NCBI GenBank assembly: GCA_002269645.1
Contig: NIVC01000539.1
Span: forward strand, 1 to 64,000
Length of the DNA stretch: 64,000 nt
Source of the DNA: Macrostomum lignano
Lineage: Eukaryota
Reading direction: 5' to 3'
Below the pieces are notes generated by a model, which was given only the letters and a program-made list of their open reading frames with translations, had not been told where the DNA came from and ran no database searches. A program made the translations under genes and the position numbers. Positions within the stretch are counted from its first letter, which is position 1. Each line of letters opens with the position of its first letter. This document shows, piece after piece, positions 1-55,071 of this stretch.

Positions 1-450
1 ACGACAACCCAATACCAACCCAATTCCAACCAGTAGCAAACTAGCTAGCAAACCAATGACAGCCTAGTAGCAACCCAGTGGAGACCCAATAGCAACCCAA
101 TAGCAACCCAGTGGCAACCCAGTGGCAACCCAGTAGCAACCCAGTGGCAACCCAATAGCAACCCAATAGCCAACCAGTGGCAACCCAGTAGCAACCGAGT
201 GGCAACCAATAGTAACCCAATAGCAACCCAGTGGCAAACCCAAAAAGCAGACCTGTAGCAACCAGTAGTAACCCAGTAGCAACCTATTAATAGTAACAAA
301 CCAATGGCAGCCCTGTAGCACCCAGTGGCGACCCAATAGCAACCTATAGCAACCCAATAGCAACCCAATAGCAATCCAGTGGCAACCCAATAGCAACCGG
401 TGGCTACCCAATAGCAACCCAATGGCAACCCAATGGCAACCCAGTGGCAA
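1..450. repeat. 11-12-bp minisatellite (gcaacccaatag/gcaacccagtg)
   Basis: Direct inspection. Confidence 0.9.
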
Positions 451-923
451 CCTTTGCCTTAAGAGATGAGGCTACTTTGATCCATTTACCTCAGATAGCT
501 TTTCTACTATAGCCCCCCTCAGCTTAAGCAACGAGTAAACAACAATTAAAGCAATTGTCCAGCAAGAGCTTGGATTTTCTTGTGTCAAATAGCAGCCCCA
601 CACACTGCGCGTTCCGTCCCGTCACTTTTCGACTTGGCCTTCGCCCCTCCAGCGGCGAGTACAAGATCAATAGAAATGTGATCAATCAGTGCGCAGGCAG
701 GCCTGACGGGGAGAAGAGGGGGCACTCAGGAAGCAATTCAATTCGGATTGAGGATCGATTGCAGACTCAGAAACGGATCTCGGACTAATCTGCGAGCTGG
801 AGGCTGGAGAGAGAAAGTCGAGCACTCCCAGTCTCTCTAGGAGTCGATTAAGGATATCTCTTCATCAGCGGTGATGAAGCTAGAAAGATGCTGCGAATCA
901 GCTTCAGCCCGACAGACGAGTGC

Positions 924-965
<42 letters not shown>

Positions 966-1214
966 TGAAATTAATTTTTACTTCAATTCAGGCCGCGACT
1001 GGTAAAAAGTACACAGCTCCTACTTATAGTAGTTAAAGCTGCCACAGACGAATTAGCTCGTGTTGTTGGTGTTTCGGGAATGGAGACTCATATTTTACTC
1101 TAGATACAGGTCGATACAGATCAAGTGTGGCAGTCCAACCCCTGATCCAGTCTCAACCCCAAATCGAATCTCTGTCCTCCGAGTCCATATACTAAAAATT
1201 CCTATCTCACACAG

Positions 1215-2545
1215 TAAAACCAATCTCACACAGTAAATCTAATCTCACACTGTAAATCCAATCTCAAACTGTAAATCCAATCTCTCATTGCAAATCCAAT
1301 CCCACACTGTAAATCTAATCTCACACTGTAAATCTAATCTCACACTGTAAATCTAATCTCACACTGTAAATCTAATCTCACACTGTAAATCTAATCTCAC
1401 ACTGTAAATCCGATCTCCAATTTTAAATCAAATCTCAAACATTAAAACCAATCTCACACTGTAAATCCAATCTCACACTGTAAATCCAATCTCACACTGT
1501 AAATCCAATCTCACACTGTAAATCCAATCTCACACTGTAAATCCAATCTCACACAGTAAATCTAATCTCACACTGTAAATCCAATCTCACACTGTAAATC
1601 CAATCTCACACTGTAAATCTAATCTCACACTGTAAATCCAATCTCACACTGTAAATCCAATCTCACACTGTAAATCCAATCTCACACTGTAAATCCAATC
1701 TCAAACTGTAAATCTAATCTCACACTGTAAATCCAATCTCACACTGTAAATCCAATCTCACACTGTAAAACCAATCTCACACTGTAAATCCAATCTCACA
1801 CTGTAAATCCAATCTCACACTGTAAATCTAATCTCACACTGTAAATCCGATCTCCAATTTTAAATCAAATCTCAAACATTAAATCCAATCTCACACTGTA
1901 AATCTAATCTCACACTGTAAATCCAATCTCACACTGTAAATCCAATCTCACACTGTAAATCCAATCTCACACTGTAAATCCGATCTCATACTGTAAATCT
2001 AATCTCACACTGTAAATCCAATCTCACACTGTAAATCCAATCTCACACTGTAAATCCAATCTCACACTGTAAATCCAATCTCACACTGTAAATCTAATCT
2101 CACAATGTAAATCTAATCTCACACTGTAAATCCGATCTCCAATTTTAAATCAAATCTCAAACATTAAATCCAATCTCACAGAGTAAATCCAATCTCACAC
2201 TGTAAATCCAATCTCACAGAGTAAATCCAATCTCACACTGTAAATCCAATCTCACAGAGTAAATCCAATCTCACACAGTAAATCTAATCTCACACTGTAA
2301 ATCCAATCTCACACAGTAAATCCAATCTCCAACTGTAAATCCAATCTCACACAGTAAATCCAATCTCACACTGTAAATCCAATCTCACACTGTAAATCCA
2401 ATCTCACACAGTAAATCTAATCTCACACTGTAAATCCAATCTCACACAGTAAATCCAATCTCCAACTGTAAATCCAATCTCACACAGTAAATCCAATCTC
2501 ACACTGTAAATCCAATTTCACACTGAAAATCCAATCTCTAATCTA
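1215..2545. repeat. 19-bp minisatellite (aatctcacactgtaaatcc), ~70 units
   Basis: Direct inspection. Confidence 0.95.
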
Positions 2546-2710
2546 ATCTCTAATCTCCAAATTGAGTCTCATGCCCGAATTCAATCTCACATCACACACC
2601 GCCCGAGCTCTCACTCCAGATGAATTCACACAAACAGCGACTTCAGCATCCTTTCGTCGAAGTCGAGTTCCAAAATCGGCCCAACTTTCCCAATCAAGAA
2701 GGCGCCGCAC

Positions 2711-44243
<41,533 letters not shown>

Positions 44244-44935
44244 GTCGCTCGCACCAGACTTAGCAGTCGCAGCTTCTCAGGCAGAGCTGGCATCAAGGAC
44301 CCTGGATGGCATGTGTATTTCGGCGCTGCCGCTCTAATTCGCTTCTCAGGCTTCTCCACGCGGTCCTTAATTCGAGCGGCAAGACAAGGGCGCCGCTGAC
44401 GCCTATAAAAGTCGATAATTTGGGTGGAGCAGAGGAAGCAGAAGGCGGTTTGGCGGCGGCGACTCTGCGCACAAGGTGCCCCAGGAACGATGGGGCCGCC
44501 TCTTTATCAATTCCTGTTATTCAAGCCGGCTGAGCGGGCAGGCAGGACAGAGGCCGGGCTGGGTGAGGCGGCTCCGGAGTAGCGAACTCCGCTGTGTGTT
44601 GGGGGGGGGCACAGTGGGGGGCAAACGAGAATTAGCCAGAGCTGGAGAAGGTGGATGAGGGGTCAGAGGCGCAGGAATTCGAGAATCGGGGATCGAGGGG
44701 GGGACTATTGGATGCGTGTGGGTTGGGGCAGTTCACGGAGACGCCGGGGCGAGAGCGGCAGATAGAAAGCAACACGCAGGCCTCGGAAGCAGATCGCCAA
44801 CAAGTTCTAGCGGCTCAGTGGCAAGACCGAGAGGATGGAGAAGAGCAAAGACCCAGCCAGCGGGCGGGTATTTCCCACGGGATTGCTGCTTTAAAAAGCA
44901 GAGTCCTATAGTCCTGCTAGGGCCTCAGCCTCCCG

Positions 44936-44971
<36 letters not shown>

Positions 44972-45480
44972 GCTTTCTCCTTGACCAACCGCGTGTGAAT
45001 GAGGTGAGGGGGAGAGCAAAGGAGAGGGCGAGAGACGCATAGGTGGGCGATCAGCAGCCATCCACTGAAAGATATTTTCGACGGCTGTGACAGGGGGAAA
45101 TCGGGGAAATCTTATCGTGAATAAGCTCATTTCTACAGTAGTTGCCGGGAAGGCTGGGTGGGCGGGCGAATCTTCCACTCCTCCACCTCATTGCCGGCGA
45201 ATTCCCATTAGATTGCCGTCGCTCTAAATAATTTTCTGTTGCCATGCAAAGCCTGCGACAAGTGATATTTTTTTCATTTCGTAAAAAAAGCTCAGAGGAG
45301 GCTACTTACCGGTAAAACCTTGCATGGGATTATCTTTTTTGCGTTGACTGATGGGCTTCTGGCTTTAAAAACAGCTGATCGAAAGCGGAACTTCATCTTT
45401 TTTATTAAAACTTTTTAGGGTGTGAGAGCAGGGAGCTGCGTTTTTCTACTAATCTGTCCAACAAGAGAGGGATTTGAATA

Positions 45481-46340
45481 CATTGCTAATCTATCTGACA
45501 GGTGAGGGAGTAGAATGCATTGCTAATCTATCTGACAGGTGAGGGAGTAGAATGCATCGCTAATCTATCTGACAGGTGAGGGAGTAGAATGCATTGCTAA
45601 TCTATCTGACAGGTGAGGGAGTAGAATGCATTGCTAATCTATCTGACAGGTGAGGGAGTAGAATGCATCGCTAATCTATCTGACAGGTGAGGGAGTAGAA
45701 TGCATTGCTAATCTATCTGACAGGTGAGGGAGTAGAATGCATTGCTAATCTATCTGACAGGTGAGGGAGTAGAATGCATTGCTAATCTATCTGACAGGTG
45801 AGGGAGTAGAATGCATCGCTAATCTATCTGACAGGTGAGGGAGTAGAATGCATTGCTAATCTATCTGACAGGTGAGGGAGTAGAATGCATTGCTAATCTA
45901 TCTGACAGGTGAGGGAGTAGAATGCATTGCTAATCTATCTGACAGGTGAGGGAGTAGAATGCATTGCTAATCTATCTGACAGGTGAGGGAGTAGAATGCA
46001 TTGCTAATCTATCTGACAGGTGAGGGAGTAGAATGCATTGCTAATCTATCTGACAGGTGAGGGAGTAGAATGCATTGCCAATCTATCTGACAGGTGAGGG
46101 AATAGAATGCATTGCTAATCTATCTGACAGGTGAGGGAGTAGAATGCATTGCTAATCTATCTGACAGGTGAGGGAGTAGAATGCATTGCTAATCTATCTG
46201 ACAGGTGAGGGAGTAGAATGCATTGCTAATCTATCTGACAGGTGAGGGAGTAGAATGCATTGCCAATCTATCTGACAGGTGAGGGAATAGAATGCATTGC
46301 TAATCTATCTGACAGGTGAGGGAGTAGAATGCATTGCTAA
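45481..46340. repeat. 37-bp minisatellite (cattgctaatctatctgacaggtgagggagtagaatg), ~23 units
   Basis: Period measured at 45481 and 45518. Confidence 0.96.
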
Positions 46341-46349
46341 TAGCTGTCC

Positions 46350-47164
46350 ATGCCTCAGTCACAGGCAACAAGTGCCGGAGACAGAAGTTTGAAACCCGAG
46401 ACGGACTCCAGAAACCGAGTTTGTCCAGTTTCCAAGCAGGCCAGCGTAGAGCTCCGCCCAAATCTTCTCAGTGAATATGAAGGCCGTCTTTTTTGTATCC
46501 GTGGGAAGCGGCGACTGCTGCTGGCTCTCGTGTTTTATTTGCTGCTGGTCAGCTCGAAGTCGGCCGTGCCGCAATTTGACGGCACCTCTCGCCTAATAAA
46601 GAGTGGGCGTGGCGCACTTTTCTATGCCAATAGCTGGTGGGTGTCCGCATTAGCGAGGTCGCTGAAGTATTTGGAGCCAATGCTTATTCCAGATCCACGG
46701 CGAAAGAAGCAAGAAGCAGCAAACTAGCAAGAAGGAAAAGAACATAGTCTCACAATTTCTCATCTCCCCACCCAGCCTCCGCTTCGGAGCTCGAAGATTC
46801 CGGACTCTGTGCCCAGGAGCAGACGATGGAGCGAATGCCCTTCCAGCACTCGCGAGAGCAACTGGGCGAGATAATTGTCAAAAGACTGGCAGAATTGGAA
46901 AGGCACCGCAACTGGAGCTAATCAGAGCTTTCCTCTTCTCTACCGTAGTCGATCTCTCATGCCTGTTGCGAACTGATTCGATCAAGGAGTAAGAAAGTAT
47001 GCTCAGAAATTCTACTATAGCTCTCGAAAAAGTCTGCTTTGCTGCTTAGATATAACACTGCCGCTTGGGTGATGGAGGAGCCGGCGCGACATGCGTGCAG
47101 ATGAGGAAGAGAGGCAGCAGCATGCAGCTCGATTGCCGTGTTCGGGTCACTTGGCTCTAAGTAT

Positions 47165-47165
<1 letters not shown>
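46350..47165 (-). pseudogene. Possible degenerate coding segments upstream of the dystrophin first exon
   Basis: Protein-like stretches (YWHRKVRHAHSLLGERCRQI; SFDNYLAQLLSRVLEG; KADFFESYSRISEHTFLLLDRI) are broken by TAA/TGA/TAG and frameshifts. Identity is unknown. Confidence 0.25.
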
Positions 47166-47490
<325 letters not shown>

Positions 47491-50258
47491 TGCATTATTA
47501 TTCATCTAGATGTGGTATAGCAAAATGCCTTTGTAGGCATTTTGCTTACATCGTCAGCCTGAAGGACCTTTGAGATGAAAGCGTTAAGAGAGCATTTTAG
47601 TTTAGTTTTGTGGTGAAGTTACGGGTGCTAAGACTAAGGCGAGATTATTATGATTAAAGGCGTGGAGTGAAACCTGTATGTCTTGATGTGCCAACCATTG
47701 CGATTGAAGAGGTAAAGTCGCGTTTGACAGACATTGAGAGCTGAAACACTTAAGGGCCACGAGAATTTTTATTGCATGCCTTTCAAGCTGATTTAAGAAC
47801 TCTGTTCTTATCCTAGTTATAAAAAATTATTTTAACAGACACTAAGAATTTAGCCTATTTAACCTGCCATAGAGCCATCAATCAAGTCTATCAAGAGTGG
47901 ATGCCAGAATGTCAATCCCAACAGTCAGGGGTTACTCAAGTGCAAATAATTGAAAAGCCAAGCCAACAAGGCTTTGATGCAATCTATAATGCTGAAATGC
48001 CTGTACCACGCTCAGGGACAGAATGTGACAAAATATACTTCAATGTGTGTAATTGGGGATTTTGTAAATTAGCACGCACGCTCAGCTCGTAGCTATATAG
48101 CACTATGTTTCATCCCCATCACGTGACAGATATTATTAGACGTTAAAGTACTCGTATAATGTTTTTGAGTCAAAAAATTTCTACTTTGGTATAGCTGATG
48201 GTATACTGTACTCGTATAGGTCTGCATATATACCGTAGGTTTGTGATTTTATAAATTTATTATATATATGTATATTAGCTATATAAAATATGAGTTTGAA
48301 TGGTGTGACTGATTTTTTGTGACAAATGATCCAACCCTACTAGCTGACTTCCTCAATGAGTCCCATCATACGAGTATATAGCACTTCCTTACTAAACTTT
48401 TTTAGCGTCAACGGGCTAGAATGACAAGTGAATCTCAGGCGACATGAAAAAGCAAGCCACTTGGTCTGGACTTCCTATCAATCAGGAGTTTTGGCTTCCT
48501 GTGCTTTATATTAGTATGTAGGCACCGAGAAAGTCTGTGTCACGATAAAAAATCTCCGGCTAATATTCATTCAGCAGATTGAGCAAACTAAATTGAAATA
48601 CTCAGCATACCGTGTGTCCAACTCCCTCTCTCTAGCTGTTATCAAGATTATGGGGGTGGCCCAGTTCATATCAGCGCATGTTCTCGCTTCCTATCGATCT
48701 CTCCTAAGTTCACCATTGTTAGTGGCTTTTTGCGTGCATAATCCATTACCAATTTTATTTAGCTAATGCTTACATTTGACATTGCTAATACATGTACTGT
48801 ACATATATATGTAGGCTGCCACAGATGATTTGTACTACATCCGCAGAATAAATTTAAATTAACCCAAAAGGTAGGCATTATAGCATACATAGAATTATCT
48901 GCGTTTGGACGTATTCAAAATCAATCACATACTACTTAATTTTCTTCACTTAGTAGACTGCTACGAAAAGTATGCAATGCGTTGTCTCTTTATTGTCAGA
49001 GTAATTATTTGTGTTTTGGTTTATGAGTACATGTAGTTGAATATGGTAGTAAACAAAGAATTAGAAACAAAAACATAGCTTGTAACCAGGAGCTTAATAC
49101 AATATTTTCGATTTTTTTTATTAGAATTGATTCAAGACTAGTCAGCTTATTTCTGTAATTGGGTTTATTACATTAGCATTTACGCAACACGAAAATTCAA
49201 AATGTACGACTTTTAAATAAAGATATTATAACAAGCAACTCCAACTGGTTAGCCTTGGTGAAGTAATTACTATGTTTATACTTAGTTTATATACAGTCTG
49301 AGCAATTTGAGCAATAGCCGCACCGCAAACTTGTTTCCTAGCCAGCTCCATCTTGAATATGATATCAAAAAGTTTCATAGAATATTTTTTCTCTGTCGCA
49401 TGATCACACACTCGACAAGGCGGCAGACCGTCAATTAAATTGAATTATTAATATGTTAATTGAGGTCGAAGTTTCCGTCTAAGACTAAATGTTGTGCCTG
49501 TGTATTTTAATTACACATCTAACGTTTGCTATTTTACCACACAGAAAGTCAATTCCCTTTCGTTTTTATACTCTACTCATTTAGTCATTGATACATTTAC
49601 TTTTTTAGACGCTCATATGGCTATACTGTACTATCCTATCCGACCTAGTCCCACTATTGACATTAACGTCCTTTCCTTACTCATTTTAGCATTTCAGCAA
49701 CTAAATAAAAAAGATAAGACAGGTGCACCAGCTTAAAATATGTATAAATATAATTTAGATTCTAGATGTAAATAGGCCTAGATTAATCAATTATAAAAAT
49801 ATATGAAACTTAATTAAGTTGCATCTTGATTCTAGCTTGTAGCTTCAAAAATAAGATGCCAATTCCTATTGCAGTGCATGGCTTAAGTGTGCCAGATGCC
49901 TACACTAAATGTGCCACAAAGGGATGACATCATTTGGCATGCTAAGCCCTAGCCTTATCTCTTTGTTTTTGCTTAGAGACAGAGTACTATTGTGCCATAA
50001 TGTGCCATGGCTCTTTATACAATGCCATGACTGAGTTTATGCCACTATGCATTACAATTAATATGCCAATTTGGTTCTCATGTTGAAAGTCAGGATATCA
50101 AAATTAAATTTGATGTGTTCTAAAATAATTATACTATTAGACTAATCCTAATGATTAGGCCTATCAAAACCATTATATATAATATATGACAATGTAATAA
50201 AAACCTAACTTAGATAATTAATAATAATAATAATGGATTATACTAGCCTTAATAGCCA

Positions 50259-50530
50259 AATATACAACCAATAACTGAGCTATAGTTATTGTACAATGCA
50301 TTTGAAGGTTGAATATGGCTATTTAATCTAAAAACTAGGGGGTTGCTACACATACCTTCAATTACCTTATAGTTAATGATGGAACTCTTTATAGCTAAGT
50401 GAACTGAAGCAATACAAAGTTAAATGATTTATTCAAGAATCCAAATTGTTCCAAATGGGTCAAAAATTAAACTATTGACCTTTCAAGTATGAGTCTTGGT
50501 TAAAGTCTAATACTTTAACCATTAGGCTAC
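50259..50530 (-). mobile_element. Same SINE family, full length, heavily AT-shifted
   Basis: Colinear with the 27162 and 62785 copies through head, CORE and tail; nearby (TAA)n. Confidence 0.7.
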
Positions 50531-51344
50531 AACCCTTTATGAATAAACTCAACCTAATCTTTGTGGCAACCCAAGTGATTAATAATCTTTGCCTTTATTA
50601 GGTAGACAACAAAAAAAGATTGAATTTTTTCAAAAAACTATAAAGCTTATTGCTTTATATAGTGATTATATCTAAATATACTAAATCTCTAAGGTTTGTA
50701 TGCTTGTCCATAACGCTCTAGAGATTGCAATTCTTCACCGTCGTATATACTAAAAATGAGTTGTCGGTAGGTATGCGATAGATTTCAGAAAAAATGGCTC
50801 AACCAATTTTCTTCAAACTTGCACCATTCAATCAGAAATTTTTCTGGGACAGTACATGCATCCTGGCTAAGAAATTGCTCAATGTTAAAGGGATAAAATA
50901 TTCGAAAAAACATGCTTTTTTGCAAAGGTCAAGCAAATTTTTTGACTTGAAATGCATTGTAAGAATGCTAGAGTAAAAACTGACTGACTAAATTTTGATT
51001 GTGATAAAGATTGCATCACAACAAGTTGAAAAGTGTCAAAAAATGTGCACAAGACTTGATTGAAATTGCGTAACCATATTGCTAACTTAAATTGAGACTG
51101 ATACTGACTGACTGAGAAATTGATTATGTCATAACTTTTTACTCCAATTGACTTGCTATAAGAATTAAATTATAAGGGCCAAAATTCATGTTCTCCAATT
51201 GAAAAGAGATAGCCCAGATGCAAACAGACTAGAATGCTAATGTAGCAACCTGGGTTTGAATCTTAGTAGTGCAAAAAGATTTTTTTATTAAAACACCTTA
51301 AAAACACAAAACTGCTAAACATAAAAGATGCGCAATGTCAAACA

Positions 51345-52190
51345 TAGAAGAGCCACCATGTCGAACATTCAAGAGTTACCATGTCAAACATAAAAGTGCC
51401 ACCATGTCAAACATATACGTGACTCTATGTCAAAGATGAAAGAGCCACTATGTCAAACATAGAAGAGCCACCACGTCAAACATGAAAAAGCCACTATGTC
51501 GAACATTAAAGAGCCACCATGTCAAACATTTAGAGGCACCATGTCAAAGATAAAAGAGCCACCATGCCAAACATAAAAGCAGCACCATGTAAAACATATA
51601 AGTGACTTTATGTCAAAAATAAAAGAGCCACTATTTTGAACATTAAAGAGCCACCATGTCGGACATTAAAGAGCCACCATGTCAAACAATAAAGAGCCAC
51701 CATGTCAAAACATAAAAAAGCCACCATGTCTAACATAAAAGAGCCACCATATCAAACATTAAAGATCCACTATGTAGAATATTAAAGAGCCACTATGTCA
51801 AACAATAAAGAGCCACCATATCAAGCATAAAAGAGCCATCATGTCAAACAGTAAAGAGCCACTATGTCAAACATTAAAGAGCCACAATGTAGAATATTAA
51901 AGAGCCACCCTGTCAAACATATAAGTGACTTTATGTCAAACATATAAGTGACTTTATGTCAAACATTAAAGAGCCACCATGTCAAACAATAAAGAGCCAC
52001 TTTGTCTAACATTAAAGAGCCACCATGTGAAACATTTAAGAGCCACCATGTCAGACATTGAAAAGCCACCAAATCAAACATAAAATAGTTACCATGTAGA
52101 ACATAAAAGAGCCACCATGTCAACATAAAAGAGCCACCATTTCAACATAAAAGAGCCACCATGTTGAACATAAAAGATACGCAATTTCAA
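51345..52190. repeat. Diverged ~22-bp minisatellite (aaagagccaccatgtcaaacat)
   Basis: Direct inspection. Confidence 0.88.
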
Positions 52191-52267
52191 ACGTAAAAGT
52201 AAGCGAATTTTAAAGGAGCCACTATAATGATAAGGAAATTGTCGCACTAGCTACTTATTGTCTGGTG

Positions 52268-52478
52268 GATGCTTGCTATTTGGGGATGCTATGTATCTGG
52301 GGGATGCTTGCTCTCTGGGGGATACTTGCTAACTGGGGGATGCTTGCTATCTGGGGGATGCTTGCTGTCTTGGGGATGCTTGCTATCTAGGGGATGCTTG
52401 CTATCTGGGGTTGCTTGCTATTGGGGGGATGCTTGCAATCTGGGGGAGGCTTGCTATCTGGGGCATGCTTGCTGTCTT
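52268..52478. repeat. 18-bp minisatellite (atgcttgctatctggggg)
   Basis: Direct inspection. Confidence 0.88.
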
Positions 52479-52928
52479 AGGATGATTTCTTTTTGCATTG
52501 TACTTCATTTGAGCAGTTTGTCTGTTGTTTTTGTGAAGGCTTTTTTTGACTATCTTTTTGTTACTTGTAGAGAACAGAGATTCTATACAGATGTCCCCCA
52601 ACGGGGGGCGAAGATTGCTAGTCTTACTTCTAAAGGAAAATATTATTAGAAAAATATCTGCTTTAAAAGCTAGGCTCTATTAAGCCTAAGATGTCAATAT
52701 CCTTTAAGCTTTGGTATCAAAGTCTCCATTTAACCATGGCTTAACCCTAATTCTTATTCTCACTTTAATACTTGGCCTATCAAAAACTTTCAATTGACCC
52801 TTGGAATATCAAAAATTCTCTTTACAAGCCAAAGAATTTCAACAATCCTATGACACTAAGATGCTTACTAAGAAACACTAGACATTGAATGAATGCAATG
52901 AAATGATGCCAAAACTATTTGACAGTAG

Positions 52929-55071
52929 AATTACCAAAGGGATTCCTAATTTCCCTCTTCCCAGATTTTTTTGCTACACTGAAATGAAGCAATGCAGGCA
53001 CAAAATTCAAGAACATAGGCTAACTTTGTTATACACCTTAACAATAATCAAGTTGCTAGTCTTCTGGACCATCCAGATATTTGACTATTCTGCAATCTGC
53101 TAGAAGGTTGTATTTTTCCATAAGCGCCAGTGCCAATCAGCACTGCGCCTCAGTGCAGCCTTGCCAAGCATCTAGATTTCATTAGCACATCAACTATATA
53201 TGTCTGCATCAGCTCTGACTTCCTGGCCTTCATCTAGATGGAGCTTTTGGACTTTCAACAGGTGGCACTAAGTGACTATAGACATGCTAAACTGAAAATT
53301 TATTGAGTTTCACTGATCAAGATGGTGAAATGTTTGAAAGACTAGCTGAGGATGTCCAGCAGTTGAGGTTTGCCCCCATTATTGAAGCTTGATAAGAAAT
53401 ATCTGACATATCATTGAAGCTTGATAAGAAATATCTGACATATCATTGAAGCTTGATAAGAAATATCTGACATATCATTGAAGCTTGATAAGAAATATCT
53501 GACATATCATTGAAGCTTGATAAGAAATATCTGACATATCATTGAAGCTTGATAAGAAATATCTGACATATCACTGAAGCTTAATAAGAAATATCTGACA
53601 TATCATTGAAGCTTGATAAGAAATATCTGACATATCATTGAAGCTTGATAAGAAATATGTGACATATCATTGAAGCTTGATAAGAAATATCTGATATATC
53701 ATTGAAGCTTGATAAGAAATATCTGACATATCATTGAAGCTTGATAAGAAATATCTGACATATCATTGAAGCTTGATAAGAAATATCTGACATATCATTG
53801 AAGCTTGATAAGAAATATGTGACATATCATTGAAGCTTGATAAGAAATATGTGACATATCATTGAAGCTTGATAAGAAATATCTGATATATCATTGAAGC
53901 TTGATAAGAAATATCTGACATATCATTGAAGCTTGATAAGAAATATCTGACATATCATTGAAGCTTGATAAGAAATATCTGACATATCATTGAAGCTTGA
54001 TAAGAAATATGTGACATATCATTGAAGCTTGATAAGAAATATGTGACATATCATTGAAGCTTGATAAGAAATATCTGACATATCATTGAAGCTTGATAAG
54101 AAATATGTGACATATCATTGAAGCTTGATAAGAAATATGTGACATATCATTGAAGCTTGATAAGAAATATCTGACATATCATTGAAGCTTGATAAAAAAT
54201 ATCTGACATATCATTGAAGCTTGATAAGAAATATCTGACATATCATTGAAGCTTGATAAGAAATATCTGATATATCATTGAAGCTTGATAAGAAATATGT
54301 GACATATCATTAAAGCTTGATAAGAAATATCTGACATATCATTGAAGCTTGATAAGAAATATCTGACATATCATTGAAGCTTGATAAGAAATATCTGACA
54401 TATCACTGAAGCTTGATAAGAAATATCTGACATATCATTGAAGCTTGATAAGAAATATCTGACATATCATTGAAGCTTGATAAGAAATATCTGACATATC
54501 ATTGAAGCTTGATAAGAAATATCTGACATATCATTGAAGCTTGATAAGAAATATGTGACATATCATTGAAGCTTGATAAGAAATATCTGACATATCATTG
54601 AAGCTTGATAAGAAATATCTGACATATCATTGAAGCTTGATAAGAAATATCTGATATATCATTGAAGCTTGATAAGAAATATCTGATATATCATTGAAGC
54701 TTGATAAGAAATATCTGACATATCATTGAAGCTTGATAAGAAATATCTGATATATCATTGAAGCTTGATAAGACATATCTGACATATTTGCAACCAATCA
54801 ACGTGCTGATGAAATTTGGAGCCTTGGCAAGGCTGCACTTAGGTGCAGTGCTGATTTGCGCTATATTTAATACATTAGCGCTTATGGGAAAAATCCAATC
54901 TTCTGGCACAATAGTCAAATATTTCGATGGTCCGGAGGGCTGGCAACTTGATTCTTGTTTGAGAAGGTGCGCAACAAAAAGTTAGCCGCAGTTCTCAAAG
55001 TTCATGTGTCTGCGTTGCTCCATTCTGGCATAGCAAAAAATTGTTGGGAAGGGATCCCCCCCTTGGTAGTG
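52929..55071. mobile_element. Non-autonomous foldback/CACTA-like element with ~280-bp inverted arms around a 32-bp array
   Basis: 52929-53200 aligns with the reverse complement of 54785-55071. The right end reads CACTACCAAGGG inward; the left end is degenerate (AATTACCAAAGGG). No clear TSD. Confidence 0.6.
53383..54785. repeat. 32-bp minisatellite (gaagcttgataagaaatatctgacatatcatt), ~44 units
   Basis: Period measured at 53401 and 53433; lies between the inverted arms. Confidence 0.96.

Noticed and set aside
600-900. Dystrophin ZZ-domain exon (ECPLF... on the minus strand)
   Set aside because: No CxxC/GFRY/CFF motifs and an early stop; the similarity is only three residues.
47901-48092. 63-aa plus-strand ORF with three cysteines
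   Set aside because: No signal peptide, splice context or recognisable homology.
48530-48560. LINE endonuclease GDFN motif (LAGDFY)
   Set aside because: Single imperfect motif with no other endonuclease or RT motifs nearby.
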